DNA of 64,000 bases, from positions 64,001-128,000 of IMG/VR virus record IMGVR_UViG_3300028048_000060; one strand, 5' to 3'. Made by a program: the position numbers and the translations under genes. Of the stretch, positions 23,052-31,960 are shown piece after piece. A model generated the notes under the pieces. The model was not told where the DNA came from and did not search any database. It saw nothing but the letters and a program-made list of their open reading frames with translations. How positions within the stretch are numbered: the first letter of the stretch is position 1; each line of letters starts with the position of its first letter. This DNA is from a virus. Lineage: Duplodnaviria > Caudoviricetes.

Positions 23052-23466
23052 AGAACAGGAACTTAATTTTGAATTAGTTGATATAGAGTCAGTTGAAGAT
23101 AATGGATATGCTAACACTTTTGATATCTCTGTAACTGGGAAACATGATTTTATCTTAGGAAATGGAATTATCACACATAATTCTGCTCTTGCAGGGTTAA
23201 CACCTTCTCTAGGAAGAGAACAGTGTGCATATTATTGTCTAAGAGGAAAACCACTGAACGTTTGGAATGCGTCTCAGTCAAAGTTCACTTCTAATAAAGA
23301 ATTAAGTACTTTATATAAAATTGTAAAGAGTCTTGAAGAAGAAGAACCTATGGAAGATGGTGATTTCTATAAAATTGAAGTTAATGGAAAAGAAATGATT
23401 GTAAATGAAAATGACGAGATTAAGGTAGATGGGAAGTGGGTGAGTGTTAAGGAGTTTATTGGTTGA
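23035..23466 (+). CDS. Split intein C-half (49 aa, 23035-23181) fused to topoisomerase C-extein (TOPRIM start plus gp39-type tail)
   Basis: TFDISVTGKHDFILGNGIITHN|S; extein SALAGL..LRGKPLNV..NKEL. Confidence 0.92.
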   Translation: MQELTKEQELNFELVDIESVEDNGYANTFDISVTGKHDFILGNGIITHNSALAGLTPSLGREQCAYYCLRGKPLNVWNASQSKFTSNKELSTLYKIVKSLEEEEPMEDGDFYKIEVNGKEMIVNENDEIKVDGKWVSVKEFIG

Positions 23467-24410
23467 TTCATTTTGTTTACAGACTAACATATTTGGGAGA
23501 GACGAGTCCCAAATATTATATAGGGAAGCACTCTGGTGATATTGGTGATTTAGGGACAAAATATTTCACAAGTTCAAAGATTGTTAGGGAAATGTTTAAA
23601 AAAGACCCTAAATCCTTTAAGACTAAAATCATAAAGGTGTTTGACACTTGCACTCAGGCACTCGCATTCGAAAGTAAGATTTTAAGAAGAGTGGATGCTT
23701 GCAGAAATAAACTATTTTTTAATCAGTCTAATTATTCATATTATACTAAAGACAGAACATCTTTAGTTACTGTCTTTGACAATATTCTCCAGTGTAAGAG
23801 GTCTATTCCATGTGATGAATTTTATGCGAATAGAGAACGATATATCTCTGACCATGATGGACTTACAATTTTTAAAGACTCAGATGGAAATATAATCAGG
23901 TGTAGTAAAAGCTTCGCTTCTGAACATAATCTTGTTGGAGTTAATAAAGGTGTTGTCTTTGCTTTGAATGACTCAGGTAAGTATGTTAGACTTACACAGG
24001 ATGAATACCACAGTAATAAAGATAAATTTAAAGTTGGCACAACAGGAAATGTGATTTGTAAAGATAAGGTTACGGGAGAAACAAAAAGAGTCTCAAAGGA
24101 AGAATTTGACTCTAACCCAAACCTTAAAGGTGTTTATGACAAATACCAGTTTAAAATTTGCCCTCTATGTAACAAACAGATTTCAGTCCAAAATTATGAC
24201 AGGCACATAAACAGACATAAAACACTGATTTTATGGGTAACTGATGGAAAAGATACTTGGAAATGTACTGAAGAAAAATATTTATTGAAATATAAAGACA
24301 AATTTAATATAATTCAAAAGAATAAGGATAATACCATTGGATACATAGATGGCAAACCTTATAACATCAGATTCGTTGGAAGAATTAGAAAAAATTTTTA
24401 TTTGGAGTAA
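23463..24410 (+). CDS. GIY-YIG (Seg-like) homing endonuclease
   Basis: FVY..YYIGK..YFTSS..E..FFN N-terminal nuclease domain followed by repeated DNA-binding units. Confidence 0.8.
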   Translation: MIHFVYRLTYLGETSPKYYIGKHSGDIGDLGTKYFTSSKIVREMFKKDPKSFKTKIIKVFDTCTQALAFESKILRRVDACRNKLFFNQSNYSYYTKDRTSLVTVFDNILQCKRSIPCDEFYANRERYISDHDGLTIFKDSDGNIIRCSKSFASEHNLVGVNKGVVFALNDSGKYVRLTQDEYHSNKDKFKVGTTGNVICKDKVTGETKRVSKEEFDSNPNLKGVYDKYQFKICPLCNKQISVQNYDRHINRHKTLILWVTDGKDTWKCTEEKYLLKYKDKFNIIQKNKDNTIGYIDGKPYNIRFVGRIRKNFYLE

Positions 24411-24413
24411 GAT

Positions 24414-24964
24414 ATGAAAGAATTTAAGAAGGTCAAGTTAACCAAAGAACAATTAAAGGAATACAGAGAAAATCCTAATATCAGAAGACGTAAAATTCTC
24501 ACAGGAGGTTTTGAGAAGATTGTCTATGCCTCCGACCAGGACTTAGACTAGCCCTTTGGGGCTAGTATATTTTTTAAGGAAAATTAGACGGATTCCACAT
24601 TCGCGCATTGCTCTCAGGATTTATTAACAAATACTTACCTGAGTACAAGGAAAGAACTGGGATGCTTGAAACCCCTATCATAGGATTTTTAAAGGCGCAA
24701 AAGCTTCAGAGATGGAGTTATGACTTAGATGATGAGTCTAAGACTAAACCTGGAGAAGTTCCATTCTATTACAAGGGATTAGGTTCCTGGGAGAAAGAAG
24801 ACCTCAAGAAGGTTGTAAAGACAGATGGTTTAGAAAAGATGATTAAGATGCTTGATTTTAATTCTGAAGATGCATATAATTCATTAGAAGAGTGGTTGGG
24901 AGATGACTCTGAACCGCGAAAGAAACATATCTTAGAAAACGACTTTAACATCGCTGATGTATAA
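24414..24964 (+). CDS. Topoisomerase II subunit, gp60-like, predicted join(24414..24548,24590..24964) by translational bypass, 169 aa
   Basis: 45 codons ending YASDQDLD-stop; downstream frame resumes GFHIRALL..TPI..YYKGLGS; the join restores the TOPRIM DxDxDG.HI motif. Confidence 0.88.
24546..24589 (+). other. Ribosomal bypass (hop) element with 41-nt coding gap
   Basis: GAC-TAG take-off inside hairpin ACTAGCCC-TTTG-GGGCTAGT; AAGGA 6 nt before the matching landing GAC. Confidence 0.85.
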
Positions 24965-24973
24965 GGAACACTA

Positions 24974-25480
24974 GTGAGAAAATTCACAGAACAAGAAAGG
25001 GAGAAGTTAAAATCCCTTATATCTAACTATATAGAGTTAAGAAATTTGTCTTTTGGAGAAAATCATAGTCAGGCTATTACACAGGGTCACCAAAAAGCAA
25101 AGGCTATCAAAGACCTTTTAAGTAAAAACAACATAGATCCATCCTGGATGGGAATGATAAAGAAAAACTCAAATGAAGATGAAATTATCTCCAAACTGTT
25201 CGAAGATCATCCAGAAGTCAAAAGTGATAAAAATAAAGAAATATGTCTTCTCTATATAAAGATAAAGAAAATGAGTAAAGACGTTGATGCGAGAAAAGAG
25301 AAGACTAAGAGTTCTATCTTAAAGAAAATAGCTAAAATCGACCCTATGCTATCAGCTTATGTTTTGTATAAAGTTAAGATTTTCCAAGCACGTAAAATAC
25401 TGGAAAAGAGTCTAATGAATGAAACATTAGACTCATTAGAACAGAGATACAAAGAGATTTTAAAGGATTTTGATTTATGA
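24974..25480 (+). CDS. Hypothetical protein
   Basis: ORF with AAGGA RBS between the topoisomerase genes. Confidence 0.6.
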   Translation: MRKFTEQEREKLKSLISNYIELRNLSFGENHSQAITQGHQKAKAIKDLLSKNNIDPSWMGMIKKNSNEDEIISKLFEDHPEVKSDKNKEICLLYIKIKKMSKDVDARKEKTKSSILKKIAKIDPMLSAYVLYKVKIFQARKILEKSLMNETLDSLEQRYKEILKDFDL

Positions 25481-26820
25481 CAGATTCGGTTAAGATTGAA
25501 GAATTTTTAAATACAAGATTGTCTAATTATGCTAGCTATGATAATCTTAGAAAGATTGGAAGTTACATTGATGGACTTAAAAATGCTAGTAGAAAAGTTC
25601 TTTATACTATCCATGAGAAGAACATCAAAGACACAGAAAAGGTCTCGAGATTAGCTTCTAAGTGTTCTGAGTTCTCTGATTATCTCCATGGAGATGGGTT
25701 ATGGAGAGTTATAGTTACTCTAGGACAGGACTTTGCAGGGACCAATAACATTCCTTTGATTCAGAAGTTTGGTGCATTTGGATGTCGTTCAAACAACGAA
25801 CCTGGTGCCCCAAGATACATCCATGCTTCAGGTTCTAAGATGTTCTTTAGTCTGTTTAATTATAAAGATGATGATATTTTAGTAAAACAGACATTTGAAG
25901 GAACTACTATAGAACCAAGATTCTATGTTCCTACTATCCCTATTATCTTAGTTAATGGGAGTGAAGGAGTTTCTTCTGGATTTGCTCAGAAAATCTTAGC
26001 GAGAAATCCTAAGAATATCATTAAGTACATTCAGAACTTCCTTAATAAAAAGCCTACTAGAAAAGACTGGTTAAATCCATTTTATAATGGATATAATGGC
26101 GACATTATCAGAGACCCTAACTTCCCTGACGACCCAAAGAAATGGTTAGTAAATGGAAAGGTAGAAAAGGTTAAGTCTAATGTATACAGAATTAAAGAAA
26201 TTCCATTTACTTATGATTTAAACTCCTACCTGAAAGTCTTAGATTCCTTGGAAGAGTCAAAGACAATTTTGAGTTATTCAGATATGTCAGATGGAGACTG
26301 TAAGTTAGAGTTTGAAGTAAAGGTTCCAAAGGATTTTAAACACGAAGATGTTTTAAAGACGTTAAAGTTACAAAAGCCTATTACTGAGAACTATACTTGT
26401 ATAGATGAAAATAACAAAATCAGGATTTTCGAAGACTCAGAAGAAATAATCAAGTCTTTTATAGATATAAAGCTAAAATTTATTCAAAAGAGAAAAGAGT
26501 TTCTGGAAAAAACCCTTCAGGGTGAATTAGACATTTTGAACTCTAAGATTTTGTTTATTACTATGGTTATAGATAAGAAACTAAAGATAAACAATATCCC
26601 TAAAGAACAGGTTATTGAAGCATTAAGCAAAGTAAAGAAAATTGTAAAAGTCCAAGACAGTTATGATTATCTTTTAAAGATGCCTATCTATTCTCTGACA
26701 AAAGAGAAAGTTGAAGACTTAAAGAATCAGGCATTATCAAAGAGTTCAGAACTTGAGGAATTAAAGGAAATGTCTAAAGAGCAAATATGGTTAAAAGATT
26801 TAGAGGAGATAAAGTTGTAA
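25477..26820 (+). CDS. DNA topoisomerase II medium subunit, gp52/GyrA-like
   Basis: IDGLKNASRKVLY, YLHGD, catalytic APRYI, P.ILVNGSEG..SGFA. Confidence 0.93.
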   Translation: MTDSVKIEEFLNTRLSNYASYDNLRKIGSYIDGLKNASRKVLYTIHEKNIKDTEKVSRLASKCSEFSDYLHGDGLWRVIVTLGQDFAGTNNIPLIQKFGAFGCRSNNEPGAPRYIHASGSKMFFSLFNYKDDDILVKQTFEGTTIEPRFYVPTIPIILVNGSEGVSSGFAQKILARNPKNIIKYIQNFLNKKPTRKDWLNPFYNGYNGDIIRDPNFPDDPKKWLVNGKVEKVKSNVYRIKEIPFTYDLNSYLKVLDSLEESKTILSYSDMSDGDCKLEFEVKVPKDFKHEDVLKTLKLQKPITENYTCIDENNKIRIFEDSEEIIKSFIDIKLKFIQKRKEFLEKTLQGELDILNSKILFITMVIDKKLKINNIPKEQVIEALSKVKKIVKVQDSYDYLLKMPIYSLTKEKVEDLKNQALSKSSELEELKEMSKEQIWLKDLEEIKL

Positions 26821-27042
26821 GATGTTAGGATTTAGTATCTATGTTCTAAGATGGATTGTGAGTGGGATTGTAATGATTCCTATTATGCAGTTCTTTGAAC
26901 CTTATTTGTCTCTTTGGGCTAACCTCTTAGTAACTCAGATTATAGGTTCGTTTATATTCTTCTTTATAGACAAAACAATATTTAAGCATATCAACGCTAT
27001 GACACCTTCATCTGATTCTTAGTCAAAAGAGTCTTAGAAATA

Positions 27043-27068
27043 AAAAGGGAATTTTAAAATTCCCTTTT
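27043..27068. terminator. Bidirectional terminator
   Basis: Palindrome AAAAGGGAATTTTAAAATTCCCTTTT between convergent genes. Confidence 0.7.
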
Positions 27069-27078
27069 CTTATAATAG

Positions 27079-27681
27079 CTAATAATCTATAAAGTCTTTA
27101 GTCTTTATAACAGACTCAGATATTGTCGATTCAAATTCCATGTGTCTAACTAGACTAGGTCTGACTACAAGGAATGTATCCTTCTCGAATATTCTAGCCA
27201 TTATGTAGGCGTGTCTATTTTCCTTTGCATAAGCATAATATGCTTTAAACAACTGTTTGGAGTCTAAAATCTTTTGAAGTATCTTAGATGGAAGATAAAC
27301 ACACTGATTAAAGGCATAATTAGAACCCCTTTCCTCAAAAACCCTTAAATTATCCTCAGAATACAGTTCTGGTCCCTTAGTGTCAAAATTATAATGGAAA
27401 TTTATAATTCTATCAGGATTCTTTTCTATGACCTTTCTGATATTCTCTAAAAAATGCTCACTGAGTTCAATGTCGTCTTCCAACATTAAAATATCTTCAT
27501 TTTTATATAAAGAACATAAAGAAATTAAATTCTCAGACGTTTTGTTAGACCCAACAAAGGTACAGACTTCTAAGTCTATCCCTGAATCCTGAATGGCTTT
27601 GTTTAGCTTAGTTTTCAGGGACTTGACATTTTTCTGCCTTTCCTTAGGAGCATCCTTAAACGTAAAAATAACTATCTTCAT
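27079..27681 (-). CDS. Putative GT-A glycosyltransferase
   Basis: ILMLEDDI acidic motif and PSLVRH. Confidence 0.55.
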   Translation of the reverse strand: MKIVIFTFKDAPKERQKNVKSLKTKLNKAIQDSGIDLEVCTFVGSNKTSENLISLCSLYKNEDILMLEDDIELSEHFLENIRKVIEKNPDRIINFHYNFDTKGPELYSEDNLRVFEERGSNYAFNQCVYLPSKILQKILDSKQLFKAYYAYAKENRHAYIMARIFEKDTFLVVRPSLVRHMEFESTISESVIKTKDFIDY

Positions 27682-27683
27682 CT

Positions 27684-29003
27684 TTATTCAGAGACTGTAA
27701 ATGTTACTGATTCGTTTAAAGAATACTTAGAAATTACCTGAAGTTCGAATGAACAGTTAGAACCAAAATCATTACTGTATCCAACCCAGTTATTAGAAAC
27801 ACTTTGAGGATACTGACTTGTACTAATATCCTGATTATCCAGGTAAGCAGTTATCTCAAAGTAGTTAGTGTTTGATCCGATAGAACAGTCGCTTCCGAAT
27901 GAAAGTTGAGGATATCCACCTGTTATCTGTGCACCAAATGACTCAATCTGTTCTTCGCTTTGGGACTGTCTTGCCTGATTTATAGCGCCTATAATTGTAG
28001 AATCAGAAATAGTTATGTTTCCAAAAGACTTTCCTAAGCCAAATTTAATTGTTCCACTAGGATAAGAACCTCCTCTAGTATATGGAACTGCTAGGTTAAC
28101 AGCTACCAGGAATGCTTTGTCAAACTCGTCATAACCCTTTGTAGAGGTTACATCAGTTACTACAATTCCTTCAGGAACAGGAGTGTCTTCATAGTGACCG
28201 TAATACTCGGAAGAAACCCTAATAATGTCCTTAACATCCTGAGCAGTGATTCCTAAAACAGAGTCAGCAGTACACTCATTGTAGTCATTTAATGAAGACT
28301 CTGCAACTGCTCCAACTTTGAAGTGAATTTCGAAGTAAACAGGAACTCTAGTAACAGTTCTTGTAGTAGGTGTTGAACCACCTGATGGAAGAGTCAACTG
28401 CTTAGTTGTTTGGTCACTAAAGGTCAGTTCCAGTTTGTTTGTGTCTACGATAGCACCATCTACAACTGAAGTTGGAACTGTAGGAATCGGAATAGACACA
28501 TTCTTAGTTGTGTTGTCGCTTAAAGTCAGTTCTAGGTTATTAGTATTAGATGAAAAAGAAGCATCAACAACAGAAACTGGAACTTCAGGCCAAGGTAAAC
28601 TAACTGTCTGTGACTGTCCATCTAAGTATGTTACTTCTAAGTCATCATTATTATCTAAAGACACTGAAGAAACAACTCTTGAACTCAAGTCGGTCTTAAA
28701 TCTGTCTAAGTTGCCTACATTAACATCTTTGGTTAAGTCAGGTTGAGTCTGAGAGTCTCCAAATAATCCATCTATGTCATCGTTAGTTGCGAACTGTGTT
28801 CCAATATCAACAGTTACATTCTGAGTACCATTAAAGGTAGCTACTGTTTGAGCATTTTTAGTTAAAGTTAAAGTCTTCCTGTCTAAGAGACCATTTAGGA
28901 GCACAAAGTTATCATTTAACTCTCCGCCCCAGTTATTGTCTCCATCAGGAACAACCCAAACTCCATTTGAGAGTTGAGTCTTTTCTGTGACTGTGTTTGC
29001 CAT
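27684..29003 (-). CDS. Virion fibre/appendage protein
   Basis: WG.ELN.NF..L N-terminus, three tandem SVV..LE.T.SD..T..V.LP repeats, tandem late promoters upstream. Confidence 0.6.
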   Translation of the reverse strand: MANTVTEKTQLSNGVWVVPDGDNNWGGELNDNFVLLNGLLDRKTLTLTKNAQTVATFNGTQNVTVDIGTQFATNDDIDGLFGDSQTQPDLTKDVNVGNLDRFKTDLSSRVVSSVSLDNNDDLEVTYLDGQSQTVSLPWPEVPVSVVDASFSSNTNNLELTLSDNTTKNVSIPIPTVPTSVVDGAIVDTNKLELTFSDQTTKQLTLPSGGSTPTTRTVTRVPVYFEIHFKVGAVAESSLNDYNECTADSVLGITAQDVKDIIRVSSEYYGHYEDTPVPEGIVVTDVTSTKGYDEFDKAFLVAVNLAVPYTRGGSYPSGTIKFGLGKSFGNITISDSTIIGAINQARQSQSEEQIESFGAQITGGYPQLSFGSDCSIGSNTNYFEITAYLDNQDISTSQYPQSVSNNWVGYSNDFGSNCSFELQVISKYSLNESVTFTVSE

Positions 29004-29033
29004 ATTATTCTCCTTTTTGTTAAACTGAGACTC

Positions 29034-29123
29034 TATTTATAGCTATTTATAATTAGCCTTCAAAAAATTATGGTTTTTGAGTTTAACCCAAATATTTTAG
29101 TCTTTTGACATTCAATATAAATA
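29034..29123. promoter_or_regulatory. Divergent T4-type late promoters
   Basis: TATAAATA on - strand at 29034-29041 and 29044-29051, and on + strand at 29116-29123. Confidence 0.75.
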
Positions 29124-29155
29124 CATTAAATCAAACTTTTCAAAGGGAATTTATT

Positions 29156-29992
29156 ATGGCTGTTAAATATCTCGATAATGCTGGAACACAGTATCTTGTA
29201 AACAAAATAAAAGCAATAGATGGTAAAATACCAACAGAATCTCAAATAACTACAATGATTACTAGTGCTTTGAATACTTACAAAGAAGGGATTGTAACTA
29301 TTGTAGAGTCTTTACCTCAGACTGGTGAAGAAGGTAAGTTATACCTGGTGATCGACCCTTCAGATTCAGATGTTTATATTATCTACACATGGGAAGATAA
29401 TGCTTTTAGGCGTATGGGCTCTAAGACATTTACACTTACTGTAGACAGTGCTCTGAGTGATACATCTACTAATCCTGTTCAGAATAAAGTAGTTAAGAGT
29501 GCCTTAGATGGAAAAGCAAACGCATCTCATACTCATGGAAGTATTACTAATGATGGAAAGTTAGGAACAGCATCTAGAGTAGTAATAACAGGGACTGATA
29601 AGAAGATTGGAATTTCTACAGTCACAACAACTGAATTAGGATACTTAAGTGGTGTTTCAAGTGCTATTCAAACTCAGTTGGATGGCAAATCAGCTACTGG
29701 ACATACTCATACCGCTGGAGATGTAGCAGGATTAGCAACTGTAGCAACAACAGGGTCTTATAACGACTTATCAGACAAACCTTCTATCAACAATGCTACT
29801 TTAACCATTCAAAAGAATGGGACAACTGTTAAGACATTCACAGCTAATGCTAGTTCAAATGTTACTTGTAATATAACAGTTCCAACTAAGACATCTGATA
29901 TTACAAATGATAGTAACTTTGTTCCATCATCTGATTTAATAGCATTAACGGATGCTGAAATTGATGCTATGTTTACAGGTTCAGGTTCTTAA
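29156..29992 (+). CDS. Tail fibre/adaptor protein
   Basis: DSALSDTSTNPVQNKVV, HTH, LATVATTGSYNDL fibre repeats; ATG 29156 lies downstream of the late promoter. Confidence 0.75.
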   Translation: MAVKYLDNAGTQYLVNKIKAIDGKIPTESQITTMITSALNTYKEGIVTIVESLPQTGEEGKLYLVIDPSDSDVYIIYTWEDNAFRRMGSKTFTLTVDSALSDTSTNPVQNKVVKSALDGKANASHTHGSITNDGKLGTASRVVITGTDKKIGISTVTTTELGYLSGVSSAIQTQLDGKSATGHTHTAGDVAGLATVATTGSYNDLSDKPSINNATLTIQKNGTTVKTFTANASSNVTCNITVPTKTSDITNDSNFVPSSDLIALTDAEIDAMFTGSGS

Positions 29993-30006
29993 TATCGGAG
30001 GTAAAA

Positions 30007-31638
30007 ATGGCCTTTAGATATTTAGATAAAGACGGTGCACTAAGTTTTTGGACGAATATAAAGAACTACATATTGTCTAAAATTCCTACAAAGACTAGTG
30101 AGTTGACTAATGATAGTGGATTCTTAACTCAGCATCCGTCTATTACACTTAGTTCAAATACTACATCTACAGCATCTCCTGCTCATGGCGGTACATTTAC
30201 TTGTATTGACTCTGTTACACAAGACACTAATGGTCATATAACAAAAGTTAATACCAAGACAGTTACATTACCAAGTGATAATAACACAGATACATTGATG
30301 ACTCAGAACGTAAGTACTACTAACAGTACATATCCAATATTGTTATGTCCTACCGCTAATGCAACATCTAATCAGGGTGCTAAAACTGGTATATTTGCTA
30401 AGAGTGTTAAAATCAACCCTAGCACCAATGTAGTTAGTGCTTCTGGATTCAGTGGTAATCTAACGGGTAATGTTACAGGTAATTGTAGTGGTTCATCTGG
30501 ATCTTGTACGGGTAATGCATCTAGTGCTACTGAATTCTCAGCAACAACCACAGTAGCATTAACTGGTGATGCAACAGGTACTTCTGCTGGTAGTAAGAAA
30601 GGTTGGTCAGTACCAGTTACATTAGCTAACTCTGGAGTAACAGCAGGAACATATGGTCCAAGTGCAGATGTTACTGGAAATAATAATGCAACAATTTTAG
30701 TTCCTGAGATAACAGTAGATGCTAAAGGTCGTGTTACTAGTGTTACTAACAGAACATACACTTCAGTGAATACTGACACAAACACTGATACTAAAGTAAC
30801 TCAAACTGTTACCAATGCAAACAGTAATTATCCGATAATTCTTTCCGCTACAGCAGACAAAACAGCAACCTCTACAGAGGCAGCGAGATTCACCACAGCA
30901 CTGTACGCAAATGCAAGATACGGATACTTGTACCAGAAGAATACCTATGCCAGTGCTTGTAAAATCGGAACTGCTCCAACTTCTGATCAGGTTGTTGCGA
31001 GAATTTATCAAAAAGATTATGATGGAAATGATGCTTTCGCTCTGACTACTCAGATAAACAAAACAACAGGTCATGTAAGGACTTCTTGGAGAGTTTACAA
31101 CAAGTTAACAAGCGGAGCGTTAGACCCTAGTGCAACTGCTACTTCAACATATGTTACTCTTACCATGGGAACAACAGGGAAGAGTATTTCTACTGATGCT
31201 TTATGGGATTCTAACCTTACTCCTCTGGCAAACAACTCTAAAACACTTGGAACGTCAAGTTTACAGTGGAAAGGGGCATATGCTGTAAACTTCTACGAAA
31301 ATGGAACTGCTCTGAGTGATAAGTATCTAACAGTTAGTGCGATATCAGGTGGTGCTAGTACCTCAGCAGGTAATATTACCCCTGTCAAAGGAACTATTAT
31401 TTCAGGATTTGCCGAATCAGACTCAGTAACTTACTCAACTAGTTTTGGAGGAGTCTTAACAAGTCCATCTCACCTGTACTATGCAACCTGTGTTTACAAT
31501 ACATCAAACTCAACAATGCAGTACTCCAAGGGACCGTCTGTTGGAGGAACAGGTACTTGGAAACTTATGGGTGGTGGTGTGTCACAACCAGGTATTAACT
31601 CAAAGCTACTGTTTGGTCTTTGGATTAAGATAGTGTAA
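30007..31638 (+). CDS. Tail fibre/receptor-binding protein
   Basis: Ser/Thr/Gly-rich; GNLTGNVTGN, SGVTAGTYG, TVDAKGRVT, GTW.LMG motifs. Confidence 0.8.
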   Translation: MAFRYLDKDGALSFWTNIKNYILSKIPTKTSELTNDSGFLTQHPSITLSSNTTSTASPAHGGTFTCIDSVTQDTNGHITKVNTKTVTLPSDNNTDTLMTQNVSTTNSTYPILLCPTANATSNQGAKTGIFAKSVKINPSTNVVSASGFSGNLTGNVTGNCSGSSGSCTGNASSATEFSATTTVALTGDATGTSAGSKKGWSVPVTLANSGVTAGTYGPSADVTGNNNATILVPEITVDAKGRVTSVTNRTYTSVNTDTNTDTKVTQTVTNANSNYPIILSATADKTATSTEAARFTTALYANARYGYLYQKNTYASACKIGTAPTSDQVVARIYQKDYDGNDAFALTTQINKTTGHVRTSWRVYNKLTSGALDPSATATSTYVTLTMGTTGKSISTDALWDSNLTPLANNSKTLGTSSLQWKGAYAVNFYENGTALSDKYLTVSAISGGASTSAGNITPVKGTIISGFAESDSVTYSTSFGGVLTSPSHLYYATCVYNTSNSTMQYSKGPSVGGTGTWKLMGGGVSQPGINSKLLFGLWIKIV

Positions 31639-31655
31639 TAATAAGGATAATAAAA

Positions 31656-31946
31656 ATGACTTTAGAACAAACAATTCCTTTAATGATATCTAAAGATTTC
31701 AAAGAAAGAGGAATAGCTGAGTATTTTCAGATTAAGATAAGAACACAGCAAAACAGAGAATTTATAAGAAAATGGAAAGCGAATGAATTACCATTTAATC
31801 CTTGTAACCCGTTAGAACAATCAGAGATGCAGTTAAAAGCTATGGAGTTATATGAATATACTCTAAAGGAAAGACTAAAGACTGTCTTAGGTATAAAGAC
31901 AGATGAAGAATTTAAACAAGTTGAAGCATTATTCGCTAATGAGTAA
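31656..31946 (+). CDS. Small helical phage protein, crAss001_48-like
   Basis: M.S.DFKER..AEY.Q..IR..QL.AM..Y...L.ER pattern. Confidence 0.5.
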   Translation: MTLEQTIPLMISKDFKERGIAEYFQIKIRTQQNREFIRKWKANELPFNPCNPLEQSEMQLKAMELYEYTLKERLKTVLGIKTDEEFKQVEALFANE

Positions 31947-31960
31947 AGTAAGGAGATGAA

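Noticed and set aside
24549-24589. Gap explained as an intron, stop read-through or recoded TAG
   Set aside because: 41 nt is too short for a self-splicing intron and is not a multiple of 3. Read-through would not reach the downstream frame, and TAG ends many ordinary genes here.
24608-24964. ORF-track TTG start as an independent gene
   Set aside because: It would omit the DxDxDG.HI catalytic motif; conserved coding begins at 24590.
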